Source: Chrysomallon squamiferum
Taxonomy: Eukaryota > Animalia > Mollusca
Length of the DNA: 64,000 nt
Reading direction: 5' to 3'
NCBI GenBank assembly: GCA_012295275.1
Contig: CM022670.1
Span: forward strand, 35,402,001-35,466,000
The notes below the pieces were generated by a model. It had not been told where the DNA came from. It made no database searches and saw only the letters and a list, made by a program, of their open reading frames with translations. This document shows positions 14,705 through 28,593 of this stretch, piece by piece; position 1 is the first letter of the stretch; the number at the start of each line of letters is the position of its first letter. The position numbers and the translations under genes are program-made.

Positions 14705-15428
14705 GTATCGACCTCTCCCACGGTTGGCGGGCGTTCCGCGTGGTTTCTGTCTACGATCTTTTATATCGATTTGTCCTCCGTGAGGCTTGCACCCTACGTT
14801 TGACCCCCGGGGGTCGCTTTTAAGTCGAATGCAGATTACGGGTTTGAAGCCGTCGGTCGTTCTTAATTAATCTCAACTGATTCGTAAACGGTTGTTGTTT
14901 TTTTTTTTTTTTTTTTCTCATCAGTTGATACAAAGATTACCGAGATCAAAAATAATAAAATGAAAATAAAGAACGAAAGCAAGAAATAAATAAAGAAAGA
15001 AAGAATAAAATAAAGAAATAAATAAACAAATGAATAAATAAATAAAAGTAAGAAATACTAGGCACAATTCATTGAATGCCTTGGGATTTACGAGGTGGTT
15101 GGGACAGTTCCTTCGATTAGTAAGATATCAGAAAAATGCAGAAGAATAAATACTTTGAAAAAGACAAACTCGTTAGTTAAATCAGCTGAAAACAAAGTGA
15201 AGAGTTGTAAGTTATCAGTCCAAAATGATTAATTAGAAATGATTTGGACAAGAAACTGATAGTTAAACTGGCTCTTCACTGCTTCGTTCCTGAGAAAAAA
15301 ATAAACATTCTGTGCATAACACTTTTTTTAGTGTTTATTTGTGTGTAGCTTCAGTTAAACTGCAGTGGAAAGAAGCATACATCAACTTGTATCGCGATTC
15401 ATCTGAAACCTATCAATTTTTAAACGGA

Positions 15429-15473
<45 letters not shown>

Positions 15474-16146
15474 ACACTCAGTCGTTAAGGCGTCAGCAAT
15501 AGATTTCAGAAGAATCACGATTCTTAGAATACAGACATTTAATGGAGGATGTAAGCTCGTTTCCAGTTGTTGGTTAACGGAAATTGTACACACACACACA
15601 CACACACATACACACACACAGACCCACACACACACACAAATATATATGTAGTAGTAGTAATAGTAACAACAATAGTAGTAACTGTAGTAGTAGTAATAGT
15701 AGTGTCAGTAGTAACAGTTATTTCTGCAGTAATAGTAAAGGTAGTAAATACAGTAACAGTAACAGTAGCAGTAGTAGTAGTAGTAGTAGTAGTAGTAGTT
15801 GCAGTAGTAGTGGTGGTAGTAGTAGTAATTGCATTAGCAGCAGTAGTGATAGTCGTAGTTGTTGCTGTTTCTGCAGTAATAGTTAAAAGTAGTAAATTCA
15901 GTAAACGTGCTTCAGTTTTATTTACTTGGTTGTTGGTCAGAACACGCTGGCCTCGGGCCCACGTGGTAACTACAGCTGTGTGGCGTGCGCTGCTGTGAGT
16001 GCGCACGTTTGATTATGTCTCTCAGTGTACGACCTCGCTAGGCTGCAGCTGCAGTACGTTCACTGCAAACATCGTTCAGTTTCATTTGGGAATATTTAGT
16101 GACTGCCTGCCTTTATTTGTCTGTCTGTATGCGTGTGTGTGTGTGT

Positions 16147-16180
<34 letters not shown>

Positions 16181-16214
16181 TTGATTGTGTACGTGTGTGT
16201 GTGTTTGTGTTTGT

Positions 16215-16234
<20 letters not shown>

Positions 16235-16281
<47 letters not shown>

Positions 16282-16329
16282 GCAGTGAGATAGAGAATAA
16301 AACGTAAACTCTGGTTCTGTAACTGTTTG

Positions 16330-16381
<52 letters not shown>
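16235..16381 (+). repeat. Dispersed microsatellite-flanked element, copy 2
   Basis: (AG)n-AGGAGGCAGTGAGATAGAGAATAAAACGTAAACTCTGGTTCTGTAACTGTTT-(CT)n; preceded by (TG)n like copy 1. Confidence 0.85.
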
Positions 16382-16384
<3 letters not shown>

Positions 16385-18956
16385 AATAATACGTTGCTAA
16401 TAATATATATATATATCTACCTTACCCCCTCTCTAACTAATCTTTAATTTTTGATCTTAAAGTGGTAAAAAAAGAAGTCTACACCTACACAATTTCACTC
16501 TTCTACCCCAAGGCGACAGTTCTTTGACGTATTGCCAGAAATGTGTCGTTCGGTTTACTTTTTATTCGCAAATTGGTGTCAGAATATTTGGCTCTCCACA
16601 GCGATGCAAAGGTGTAACTACCAGTTTCAGAACATTTTGTTGTTTGTAAACGTGATTCCTGAAAACTCGTTTCTCTCTTGCGTCATACGTCATAGGAAAA
16701 GTCAGTGAACAGAATTACTATTATTATTATTATTATTGGTAGTAGTAGTAGTAGTAATAGTAGAAGTTGTAGTAGCAGTATCGTCATCATCAGCATTATC
16801 AATCACAATCACAATCATCATGAGATACTTAAAATTTGCCTGTTCATTTTAAACAAGTCATGTTTTGTTCGAATTATTTCAGTGTGTACGTGATATATAC
16901 ATCGTGAGTCTGTAAATAAAGTTGTTTTAATCGCAAAGAGTAACATCTACTACCACTACTACTATTGCTGCTACTACAACTACTAGTAATATTACTACTA
17001 ATATAATACTACTATTGCTACTACTACTACTACTACTACTGTTATTGTATTTACTACTTTTACTATTACTACAGAAACAGCAACTACTACTATCATTACT
17101 ACCACTACTATACTACTACTATCATCACTACTACTCCTACTACTACTACTACTACTACTACTATTAATAATAATAATAATAATAATTTTGAAACACCACT
17201 GCCTTTACTAGCATTATACCTGCTTCTATGTGTTTACTATTATTACAACCACCTGATATCAGTGTCCAGCTATAATTTGAAATCATTAAAATCAGAACGT
17301 GAAACAGAAATATCAGTATCACTTTGATAGTCTTAGCTTTCATCCATATTTATATTTTTCATCTACGTTGGCGGCTGGGATCGGTCAGAAAAGACTGTGT
17401 TTTTCAGGACAATTATGCAAAAGAAGAAAAACAAGAAAAACGATACAGCAGACTGATAAAATTAAAGAAAGAAAAATAATTCGATTTTATTCCGAAAAAA
17501 AAAAAAAAAAACAGGAGAAAAATAAACATGAGATCGCTTGAAAGTCGCGAAGCACTGAAAAGGAAGTTAATGTTAGAAATTTTTTGCCGTTGTTTTTGCA
17601 ATTCTTCGTTTTCTTCGTACACTTTGATGTTTTCTTCTTTTGTCTCTGGGAGGGGCCAGTTTGTGGATCAGTTGCACTTGAAGGCGAGAAGGGAAATATC
17701 TATACGCATGTATGTATGTATGTTTGTATATATGTATGTATATATGTTTAACACTTGTTTAAAATTATATTATAGAGTATTCATAAATTTCTAATTTTAT
17801 TTTTTATGTTTATTTTATTTATTTATTTATTTATTTATTTATTACTGTTATTATTATTATCATTATTATTATTTTATATTTTTCATTTTTTAAATTTATT
17901 TTGTTTATTATTGTTATTATTATTATTATTATTATTACAACTACTACTACTACTTCTACTTCTATTATTATTATTTTTTTTTTTATTATTATTATTATTA
18001 TTTTTTTTTTTTTTTTGTCTCAGTAAATATATCTTTTTGGTAATAAAAGTGGATTAAATTATTTGAATTATTAATATCAACATTTAAAAAGGTTTAGTTA
18101 TTTTCATTTATTAAGAATACTATTTTATAATAATTATATTATTAGCAATTTTATCTTAACTGTGAGTTAATGTAAAGTTCCTTTTTTCATTGTATTCTAA
18201 TATACCTTTATTTGTTAACCGTAAATTAAATCACATAATTTAATATTAGCTGGTTATTTATTCAGTCTAAAAAAATTCATAGTAAGAAACATATGATCAA
18301 AATATTAACAAATATATAATTTCTTTAGGTTCGTTCGTATCATTATATCAAAATGACATTATTATTATTATTATTATTATTATTTTATTTTTTTAATGTA
18401 ACTAAACGTTACATATGATATAGTTTTCAAAATATATGTAATAGCTTTAATTTGTTTTCATATCTGAATGATGTTTATTTTTAATTAATTTTCATTTATT
18501 AACAGTTAGCTAAATCTTATAATAATTTCATTTTTTTTTTCATTACATTATTTTATTTTATTTTATTTTTGTTCCGTAGTAATAATATTAACATTTTTAT
18601 TCTCTTTTTATTTATTATTATTGTTTTTGTTGTTGTTGTTATACCTATATTGTTTTAATTATACAATATTCAGTTCTTTTTTCTTTTTGTTCCTACCTAA
18701 CTATACTAAAAACAAATTATTCTTCTTCTTTGTAAAGACTTCCACATTTTAAATTTCTTCTTCTTCATTGTAGCTTTTGTAGACATTTCTCTACCATTTC
18801 TTAGCTTAAAAGAGATAGTTTTATATTTGTTTATAAACAACTAGTTAAATGATATCTTATTATCATTTTTGTTCACCTGCTGAATGAGGGCAAATTTCTT
18901 TTCTCAACCGCTTTTGTATTAAGTTTTACTAGGCAGTTATTAATTTACTAAAGAGG

Positions 18957-19068
18957 GGTTGAAAGCGAAGATAAATATAATGTTAAAACTTTAGTGGTTG
19001 AAAGCAAAGGTAAATATAATGTTAAAACGTTTGTGGTGAAAGCAAAGATAAATATAATATTAAAATTT
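18957..19068. repeat. About 39-bp tandem repeat, 3 copies
   Basis: GGTTGAAAGCRAAGRTAAATATAATGTTAAAAC... three times. Confidence 0.85.
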
Positions 19069-21199
19069 TTGCTCAGGCAGTCGTTTCAGTGTTACTTAAT
19101 ATTCTAAAAAAAAAAAAAAAATCGGGATTCAAAGAGACGAACAATAAAGTCAAAAAAAAACAACTCAAACAAACAAATAGCTTTTCTACAATAAGAAAAG
19201 ATAATAAAGTTCATTTCTATGTAAAAATAAAACTTCGCTGGCCGAATTTAAGATTATTGAACCAATGTTTATAATTTTGTTTTGACTGAACTTTTATTTG
19301 CGTTAACGCTATACACTATACGTTGACGCTTGCGCGCACACACACATACACACACACACACATACACACAAACATACACGTACATACGTACACGAGTGTG
19401 TTTCTGTATAGATACAGGGACTCAAAGAGAAATTTTGCAAGGCGGTACAAGACTCCTTCCTTTGTGGGCCCCGACACAGGCAAATGTTTTTCTCTAATAC
19501 TAAGGATTTGACTTCCAGTAAATCTACATGTAAACTCTCACAACTGCTTTATTTCCATGATCTGATATAACATAACGAGGGTAGTGGAAAGAGATTCTTC
19601 TCGAGGCGGGGGATGGGTGTTGCGTGGTTGCTCTAGGGCCCTTCTTAGCTCTTAGGACCCCTCTCATTACCCAATATATACAACACAAAACTAACAACAA
19701 AAACAACTTATGTAGTACCCAGGACTAGTGATAACAGTACGGCACATAAGACAAATTAGCTGAGAGATAATACTGTTTTATGTGAGGTAGATAAGTAGTG
19801 GGAAATTTCAGTATACCGAGGCATCGTCAGAACTCTTGTTACCGTTTATTCATTTTCCATTTGTCGTTCCTGTTTTGATCGAACCCACTTTCTGTGAAAA
19901 CTACACCAAGTTGGCTATACCTTTTTTTTAGAAAGAGTTCAACTTTAAAAAAAAAAGAAAAAAAAGACTTCTTCTTTTTAAAAACTTCCACATTTAAAAA
20001 AAAGGAGATAATTTTATATTTGTTATTTTTTCTTCTTCTTTATAGCTTTTGTAGACATTTGCTTAAAATAATTAATTTCATATTTGATTTTTCTTCTTGT
20101 TTTCGTAGCTTTTGTAGACATTTGTCTACCATTTCTTAGATTTCTTAGCTTAAAATAGATAATTTCAACTTATAACTAGGTTAAACACCTAGCTTATTAG
20201 ATGGAAAGTGTCGTAAAAATACATTTCTAAAATATTCAGCTCTCATTAATACTGAAATAATTTCATGCTGAGATATCCTCACATTTTATATTCTTTATTT
20301 TCTGAATAATAAATACTGGGAAAACTCTAACTATAAATTCAAATAACGTAAAATGCAACGAGTAAATGTTATGAATGAATGAACATAAAAAATAAAAATA
20401 ACGACTTCTTAAAACTACTAATCACATTTAAACTCGATCATTTTATGTATATTATAACTTGTGCTTTCTTTTTTTTCTTTTTCTTTTTCTTTTACTTTTA
20501 CTTTTTTTCAAACTGTTTACAAAACATCTCCAATCGATTGATATCTAATTTATTTTTTTTTATTTTTTTTTTTATTTCCGAATACCAGCTTCCCCGACAC
20601 AAGAGTTATGGTTTTATGACAGCATAGTAACATTATTCTCCATAAAATATTTAAACTCTTGAGTCGGAAATATCCGTCTCTTGTAATTGTGAAAGTTCTC
20701 TGCAGTTTTCACGGCTCTCTCGAGGATGGAAACCATCACGACGTGTGAACCCAGTTACTTGTTTTTGTTTAGCGAACGTGGATGTGTGAACAGCCAAGTC
20801 GCTCGAGCATAATTCACGTTTGTAGAAACAGAAGCGAAACAAACGCGCTGACGCAGCGTCAGCTTTAACGTATGATGACGATGATGATGATGATGATGAT
20901 GAGAATAATGATAATACAGGTTGAAGATCCCATTATCCGAAATTTCGAAAAGCGAAAAGCTCTGAAAGTGCAAAACTGTTTCCAAGCTGCAGAAATACTG
21001 ATGTGTTACAGTTTTTAGGACTCTTTTGCATATACAAATTTTATTTTATGCCCAAAATTATTAATTAATTTCTTTTTTATAAAAATTCCTGCAGTCTGAC
21101 TGTGCAAGCTGTTTATGAAAAATAAATGGAATTTACATTTAGACGTAGATTCTATTCTCATGCTATCTCCTAATACTCCAGAAAAAGGATCCTCAAACT

Positions 21200-21244
<45 letters not shown>

Positions 21245-21503
21245 TTTATATTATACTGATGAAAGACATTAGAAATTATTAAGTATGCGCACTGAACAAA
21301 CATGTGAAATTAGCTGTTAATAACAACTGAATATTATCGTGTAGTTTGTATGACTACATGTGTTTTTAACAGGTTGTTATCTTCTTGGTCATTACTCATT
21401 TCTTTCTAAAACATAATAGCAAATAAAGAAAAAAAGAAACAAATAAGATACGAAAAAAAAGACACAATAAAAAAAAACGAAAAACAACAACAAAGAAATC
21501 CAA

Positions 21504-21649
<146 letters not shown>

Positions 21650-22734
21650 ACAATTGTTCTAGTTCTAGCCAATCAGACATGTAGAGCGGACTGACTGTAA
21701 GTAGCTTCACGTACGACTAGTTCTAAGATCAAATCTTCTGGGTGCTGCTTTTGGGTTTTTCCTCGTTCTACAACTAATTTATCAAAGATTGTTCGTAGTG
21801 TGCAGTTCCTCTATTTGTAAACATTCATATGAAAAAATCCCTCGCTGCTAATCGATAAAAATAGACATGGAATGTCGGCAGTGGGTATCCTCCTTCATAT
21901 CTTCTTCCGAGATATTTAGTATCTGATAACAGTCATTGTGAAGCCTTTTTTATAAAAGTTGTAAAACATCCAGTTATTCGTCCAGTCTTTCATTTTTTCC
22001 TTCATTCCTTCATTTATTCCTTCATTACTACATTCATTCATTCATTCATTCATTCATTTATTCATTCATTCATTCGTTATGTTTTAACGTAAAATAACTG
22101 GTTAAGTGTATGACTTGGTCATTTTTCTTTTCAGGGATTCTATGGGATATTTTTTGGTTTTGTTTTGCAATGTCTATTCTACACGTAAACCGAACCATTA
22201 AAACTATTTTATTTCTTCACTTTCATGTCTCTCTGTCCAGGCGAGGGGAGAGGGAATCAATCACAAGAAAACATTTCAAAATTCCAGTTTGATAAAAGAG
22301 ACAAGCAATTTTAAAACCAGAGTTACGTGAGAGATAAATTAATATGATATTCAGATTTTGTTGTATGTCGTATGCACCGTTGTAAATATTCCTGTTACAT
22401 AAATAACTGCAAACGAATGTGGGTTTAGTCTCCATCTTTTCGGTCTTCCGGCAATAAAGGGCAACTGCGATCATTTGCACTGAACAATGCCTCCAGGAAT
22501 TGCAAGTTCGTTAGCGACGTAGGTGAAGAAGCCTGAATTCTGCTTAAAAGTACACAAAGAGCATACGCAGTTGGGACAGATCTTTTATGAAAACTGCATA
22601 ATTAGAGACCGTATGGAATATGGTGACATAATGTTGAATATTTTGTTATTTCTTATGAACATAAAAAAAAGCTTCAGATTGTTGACGATTTAGTGTCAGA
22701 GGTATCTTAATTATTATGTTCTGTCTACCTTTTA

Positions 22735-22871
<137 letters not shown>

Positions 22872-22997
22872 TTTGTGTGAAGGATAATTTACATGCTAAG
22901 CAGAAAGTACAGTAAAACAGTGTATATCATTCTTAGACATGAATGTTATTATCAGTTTTATTCAATTTAACCTCATTCCTAAATAAATTAAAACTAA

Positions 22998-23078
<81 letters not shown>

Positions 23079-23604
23079 AATAAATAAATATAATAAATAA
23101 ATAAAAGTATTCATGTATTTTTGTTACATAATATTGTTAAAACAAATTTATATAATTTACCATTGTAAGAATAATAAAAAGTCTAAATTTAAATCATAAT
23201 AATTTAAATACGAATGATAAACTGTGATAATTATGTTGATAACAACAACAACAGTAACAATAATGATAAAAATAATACAGTTTTTTTAATTTTATTTTAT
23301 ATTTCCTTCTTCTTTTTTCTTTCTTTCTTTCTTTTTATATATATACATTTATATTTTAAACAATACAAAATTTAGCAATAAAAAAAAAAAAAAAAAATAG
23401 CCGAATCGATTAAAAAAATAACAATGATAATAAAAAAAAAAATAATAATACAAACAACAACAAAAAAAAAAAAAAAAAAAAAAATAAAAAAATAAATAAA
23501 CATACGCAATCTATTTTCCTTTTTAAATAACGAACGCGACGTCGGCAAACACGCTTGCGTGAAGTGTTTGCGAAATTCTGACAGTCTCAGACCGTTACGT
23601 CTGC

Positions 23605-23667
23605 ATGAATGGTAACGACAAGGTGAAGGTCACTGCCAGGCCTGTGACTGCCCTGCGAGACCTTTCA
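23605..23667 (+). CDS. Candidate alternative upstream coding exon (MNGNDKVKVTARPVTALRDLS), phase 0
   Basis: ATG at 23605, 21 open codons, then TCA|GTAAGT (GT at 23668), within a GC/CpG-rich block (about 23530-23970). Phase 0 is compatible with the acceptor at 32195. No homology recognised. Confidence 0.25.
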
Positions 23668-25179
23668 GTAAGTTGTGGGTGGAAGCTTCTACATTTGATG
23701 TCAAGAGGATCAAATCCAACGTCTTCAAACCGCTGGAAATCGATACGAGATAGAAAATATCCAGAGAGGTGCGCGCCTGCCTGAATTGTCGTGGCTGGAA
23801 TGCCAACAGTGGCGCTGGTTCGATGTGACGAAGAGATTGAACAGCGTCGTCGATATTGCAATTTACGATCGCGGGGAGGTCTTGGGTTTCAGCGTTTCAC
23901 GTAAGCACTGGATTTGACGATTGAGGAACTGTTCAAATACGTGAACGTAAAGCGTGGCCGATACGTTTAGGTTGTTGATTTATTTATTTCTTCGTTGTGG
24001 TAGTCGTTGTTAAAGGAAAAAGGAAAATGGGAAAGAAAAAAAAAAAAAAAGAAAGAAAGAAAACGTGTATTAAAAATTCAGAGGTGATGTTTTCGGCACA
24101 CTTGCTGAAAGAGAAAATGTGATTAACTTTGACGTTCGATTTTTTCAAGCTGGATTTTTCTTCTAGATAGATAAAATGATGTTGTTGCTTTTTTTTTTTT
24201 TTTTGCATCGCGAAATCGTTTATTTGAAAATCCGTATTATACCAGTGAGAAATATGTTATTCTTGTTTTTTAAAGAAATACATAGTGAAAGTTATTTATT
24301 TGTATGTATGTATGTATATATGTATGTATATATGTATGTATATATGTATGTATACATGTATGTATATATGTATGTATGTATGTGTATGTGTATATGTATG
24401 AGTGTGTGAATATGTGTATGTATATGTTTGTGAATATGTATCTTTGAGATCGAGAGAGAGAGAGATTATTTTATAAAAAAAACATCAACAGATACACAAA
24501 GACTAAATGCCAGTGCTAACAATATGATATTCAATCATTTTGTGTAAACTTATTATTTTATATGCGTGATTACAACGACACATGGTGAAATAGTAATAGA
24601 TCTAAATAGATTGAAATTTAAAACCACATAAATGTAAACAGTAATGGGTTCAAACAAATCCTAATGTCGTTGGTAACAGTAATTAAAAAAAATTCTTTGA
24701 TATTAATAATTTTGATTTTGGTGTAAATAGCAGTAAACTTTGATTTTAACATGTTGTTTGTATGTCCTCGCTATTTCTAGAAAGTTAAATACATAAATGC
24801 TTTTTTCGTTTTTTTTTTTCTTTTCTTAAAGAAGAGGTTAAAAAAATCTTAAAATAAGGAATGTAACATATACGTATTCAGCACCTTTTGCAAAACCTCG
24901 TTATCTCGAATCGACAGAAACTAGCTCACGCCTTTTATTACGTCAAAAGTCATTTGAATTCTCTTAGCTTTCTGCGATTTATTGATGGATAACATTTTTT
25001 TTTATTTATTTTTTTTTTTTTTCTTACGTGAAACACCGAGATATGGATTTTGTATTACTTACAGTTTAAATAAATACATTACATCATGAATCTTTTGCTG
25101 AAAGATTTTTGATATATATATATATTACACATTTTTTTTTTTATTATTATTATTTTTTTTATAAAATAAGAATAACGCC

Positions 25180-25810
25180 ACCAATTCGCGGACCCGATTT
25201 TTTTTTTTTTTTTTTTTTTTAATAACACGAAGAGAAACGGAAGAAGGCGGAAATGAGATCACTTACACTGTCGTCTTTGAGGAAAGTTCTCGATGGTGAA
25301 ACCGAGTTTTTGAAATAATCAATAGACTTCACGAGCACCGAGGCACAGTCCAACTGACGAAGGCATCTCTAATTGAGTTACCACATAATATTCAGTTTTT
25401 TTCTTCACCGTGTTACACCGTCCGCACCAGCACTGGAGACGCACACACACACACACACACACCAGTACACCCAACGAACACGTGACCAGTCGCTTGGCGC
25501 AACTTCCGGGTTCACGACAGTTAATGTTCTTTTTTTTTTTTTTTTCGTTTTTTTATCCTCCCCCGCCCCCCCCCCACACTCCTCCTGCTTTGAAGAACTA
25601 TGGCGGCTAAACGACGCAATCGTTCGTTATGTCATTGGTTGTCAGTGCCAAGCTTCCGGGTTGGAGACCCAATCACTGCTAGTTAACGTTAAGACGCTGA
25701 CTCGTCTGCTTTGTATCAGATCCGTGTTTGTACGAATCGTGATTCGCTGTCTGATATCAACGAGATAACACATTCGTACTTTGACGTGGCTGTGTACTTT
25801 CATGCAAATT
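25180..25810. promoter_or_regulatory. CpG-rich promoter/enhancer-like motif cluster
   Basis: E-box CACGTG(AC) at 25479-25486, ETS-type ACTTCCGG at 25502-25509 and GCTTCCGG at 25652-25659, GC box CCCCGCCCCC at 25561-25570, CCAAT boxes at 25634-25638 (minus) and 25669-25673 (plus), octamer ATGCAAAT at 25802-25809. Confidence 0.5.
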
Positions 25811-26395
25811 CTAATTGTGATGCGATAGTTCTCTTAAAAGAAGAGCTATAACTAAACCAGTCTTTATAAAGTAAACAGTGTAAACATACGTTCATACAAA
25901 AATACGTATGTTCTTGCATTCATGCATTTTTATTTACATATATACTTAAATATATACTTACATACATGCATTCAGACACACATATATATATACACATATC
26001 TGAATTTAACGTATTATATTATATATAACGTATCAGTATTACTAAATGTTTTGCACTTTCCTAGGCGTGTACTATGCAACAACTAATCTATATGAACTGT
26101 CCACATCTATTTATTAAAACAAGTTGTGGTATTTTATGATTTGTTGCAATCAGTCAATCAGACGTAGCAGGTATTTAGGTATCTCCGTTCCCAGAATATG
26201 ATATATTGGAGATAATACTATTATTATATTACAATATCGCTAGATAGAATAAATCTGTAATGACTGAGTCAATGATGATTATTATTTTTTTCTTTCCTGA
26301 GAGTTCATCAACAAATATGACATGTTTGTTAGGACATTTATAAAATTTGATATTATCTTCCAGTTATGTTTTGCTCTCTCCTTCTATATTTCTGT

Positions 26396-26558
<163 letters not shown>

Positions 26559-27009
26559 CTCTACAGAGCATAGAAGTATTTTATCAATATTAACAATCTG
26601 ATATATTAACCTACATTCTAGACCATAGAAATATTTGAGAAAAAAATATAGTTCTGTTCACAAGTTATATTTACCTTAATACGCTACATCTGGACTTGTA
26701 TTTATAATATGCACGATCTTTAATAACCGCAGGCAAATTATTAATGTTTAATATAAAATACAACATATGCTATTACTCTTGGTAGTATTTAACTGATTCT
26801 ATTGATTACCGTTGCATTTTAAATTGTAGTTAATACATTAAACTGAAGAAAAAAAAACTGTGTGATAAAACATTTCGACTTTTCTCAAGTAAAAAACAAT
26901 TTCTGAGATAAAATGATTTGAAACAGCTGGGTCGTAAAAATAGATTGATCGTAAGTAATACAAAAGATACCAAATTAAATGACCTAATTTAACTATTAAC
27001 GTATTTCGT

Positions 27010-27109
<100 letters not shown>

Positions 27110-28316
27110 TCTCTCTCTATCTTCATCTCCCTCTCTATGTCTTTTTATTTATTTCTCCGTTTTTGTATATCCATTAATTCACACATACATACATCCATGT
27201 GTATGTATATATATATGTGTGTGTGTGTGTGTTTGTGTGTGTGTTTGTGTGTATGTGTGTGTGTCTTTATCTCTAAAGCCATCTGTTTTTCATTGTTTCA
27301 TTCCATTTAATGTCTTCATTGTATATTTTCCTAACTGCTTGAACCTAACTAAGATTAGATATATGCGATTACAAGACTCGAGTTTTAAAATTGTTGTTTT
27401 TTTTCTTTTGTTTGTTGTGGAAAATTCAGTATTTGAAATCGCTATTAAACAGTTGTTTTAGATTTTATTGTCTGTGGAGGGTTCACTGTAAGACTACTGG
27501 GGGATAACGTAGATTCCAATGGGCCAATCGCATTTATTTTAAGTTTTTCAGGTTTCAGTTTTTAATTTGAATATTATTAATTTTCATTTTTTTTATTTCT
27601 TCTTCTTCTTCTTCTTCTTCTTCTTCATTTCTTCTTCATTATTTATTTATTTATTTGTTTATGTTTCTTTTTCTTTCTTTCTTTTTTCCTTTTCGTCGTC
27701 ATCTTCTTTTTTTTAAATTTTTATTTCTTTATTTTTAATTTTTTAATTTTGTTTGCTTCATTTTATTCTTATTAATACGCACCAGTGTAAAATCTATTTC
27801 TTGTGTGGGTTTCACTCCCTCCCTGTCTTTGGGATGGGAAATTCTTTCAGATGTGTTTCATTTTTGCTTCTGTTATTCAACGATTAATGAATGGATCGAT
27901 TTCTGTATTGAATTCCGTCGTCATTTACAACATCCAAGAACGAATTATATCACTGCGTAGGTGGCTTAAACTTCTTTGTTAATGTGTCAAACATACCTTT
28001 TTTTTAATCTTTTTTTTAATTCTTTTTTTTATCTTATTTGTTTTCTTTAGCCAAAGGAAAAAAAAGAAAAAATCCAAAAAAATCATGGAAGTGGAAAAAA
28101 AAAAAAAAAAAAAAAAAAAATACTGGATTTCTAAAAATATCGACTGTGAAATGTTATTAAAGTCACGTACGAAGATTGTAAGGAATTACGGATGGGTGCG
28201 GTTTACGGGATCTTTCGGCAAAGATCGTTAGCAGTTTTAGATGAAATAAGATTTGTTATTCTGCACGTAGAACGTATCTGCTCCTACTTATGAGTTATTA
28301 TAACATTTTTTGATAC

Positions 28317-28319
<3 letters not shown>

Positions 28320-28400
<81 letters not shown>

Positions 28401-28562
28401 CATTATTATTATTATTATAATTATTATCATTAATAGTATTATCATTATCATTATTATTATTATTATCATTATTACTACTACTTCTACTACTACTACTGCT
28501 TCTACTACTACTACTACTACTATTACTACTACTGCTATTACTGATACTACTACTACTTCTAA

Positions 28563-28592
<30 letters not shown>
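28320..28592. repeat. (TTA)n/(TCA)n/(CTA)n compound microsatellite
   Basis: Direct reading. Confidence 0.9.
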
Positions 28593-28593
<1 letters not shown>

